34,234 bases of DNA from Catajapyx aquilonaris. Lineage: Eukaryota. The position numbers and the translations under genes were made by a program. The DNA is taken from positions 1 through 34,234 of the forward strand of contig KZ539073.1 of assembly GCA_000934665.2 (NCBI GenBank), given 5' to 3'. Of this stretch, positions 33,664 through 34,234 are shown in pieces (within the stretch, counting starts at the first letter, position 1; every line of letters starts with the position of its first letter). The notes under the pieces are model-generated. The model worked only from the letters and a program-made list of their open reading frames with translations, was not told the DNA's origin and searched no databases.

Positions 33664-33885
33664 TGTTCATTGGGTTTTGACCAATTCCACTAACCGAAAA
33701 AATCCAAAAATGGCCTAATTTTCGGCCATTTTCAAAATTTCTCGATTTTTCCCCTCCGAATGGTATTGCGAAATGTGGCTGAAACTTGATATGCAGCATT
33801 ATGGCATATGTCCGTACATCTGTGATTATTTTCACCAAGATCTGAGATGTAAAATCATTTCGGCTCACTAATTCGGAAAGACCCC
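33664..33885. mobile_element. Right arm of another GGGGTCATTCCGAAT-family element
   Basis: TGTTCATTGGGTTTTGACC..GGTATTGCG..TGGCTGAAACTTGATATGCAG..TTCGGAAAGACCCC|TA, colinear with 26441-26671. Confidence 0.88.
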
Positions 33886-33894
33886 TAGTAAACC

Positions 33895-34031
33895 GGTCCA
33901 AACTTTAAAACTATATATCTCAAAAACTAGAGCTGATTGAGAAAACCGGAAGCCAGTTTTGGAATCATCGCCACAGATATACCCTTAAATATGTCCAACC
34001 TTCAAGGCACCAAAATGTGTGTTCCCCAGTG
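33895..34031. mobile_element. Probable terminal fragment of another DNA transposon
   Basis: TATCTCAAAAACTAGAGCT..TTTTGGAATCA..GTTCCCCAGTG, wording typical of invertebrate MITE ends; no partner end found. Confidence 0.35.
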
Positions 34032-34138
34032 TTATCATTTAGTTTACGCTAGTTGAGTTCAGTTTGTAGTGATATATCACTTGCGCTTTGCTCCGCTGAA
34101 ACTAAAATGTCACAGAGAATACCGGGAAAAATTATGTA

Positions 34139-34234
34139 GGGTGGTTCCATTTCAGATCAGCCAGTGAGTGAAAAAAGGTGTCAGGTCATAGTCATCGATT
34201 TTTTTGAAAAATATATATGTGAAACCCACATCGA
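34139..34234. mobile_element. Probable left end of a TA-flanked TIR element running out of the window
   Basis: TA|GGGTGGTTCCATTTCAGATCA, loosely like the GGGGTCATTCC terminus at 25793. Confidence 0.35.

Noticed and set aside
1..34234. Prokaryotic systems (CRISPR array, operon, defence island)
   Set aside because: No regularly spaced direct repeats and very low coding density; SINEs, MITEs and mariner indicate an animal genome

Overview
Repeat-rich animal genomic DNA, probably from an arthropod (TTAGG tracts, hexapod-type tRNA SINE). It is intergenic or intronic, with no operons, rRNA, true tRNA genes or CRISPR. About a third of the window is recognisable transposon DNA: TA-targeting Tc1/mariner/pogo-type MITEs, hAT MITEs with 8-bp TSDs, CACT-type MITEs, long fold-back elements, two tRNA-derived SINE families (one with a V-domain) and a decayed mariner transposase (32588-33661, minus strand). 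The only credible host coding region is an orphan acidic ORF/exon at 5148-6041 with a frame-preserving internal duplication. There is an assembly gap at 13617-13864. Three signals stand out. (1) A ~630-nt GC-rich segment (1500-2130) has helices with a strong plus-strand G.U bias and may be a structured RNA. (2) That segment is interrupted by a young TIR element whose termini and TSD fit no superfamily I recognise. (3) Chained TA-xxx-TA motifs across the window look like stacked transposon excision footprints. Family assignments come from recalled consensus motifs, not database searches.
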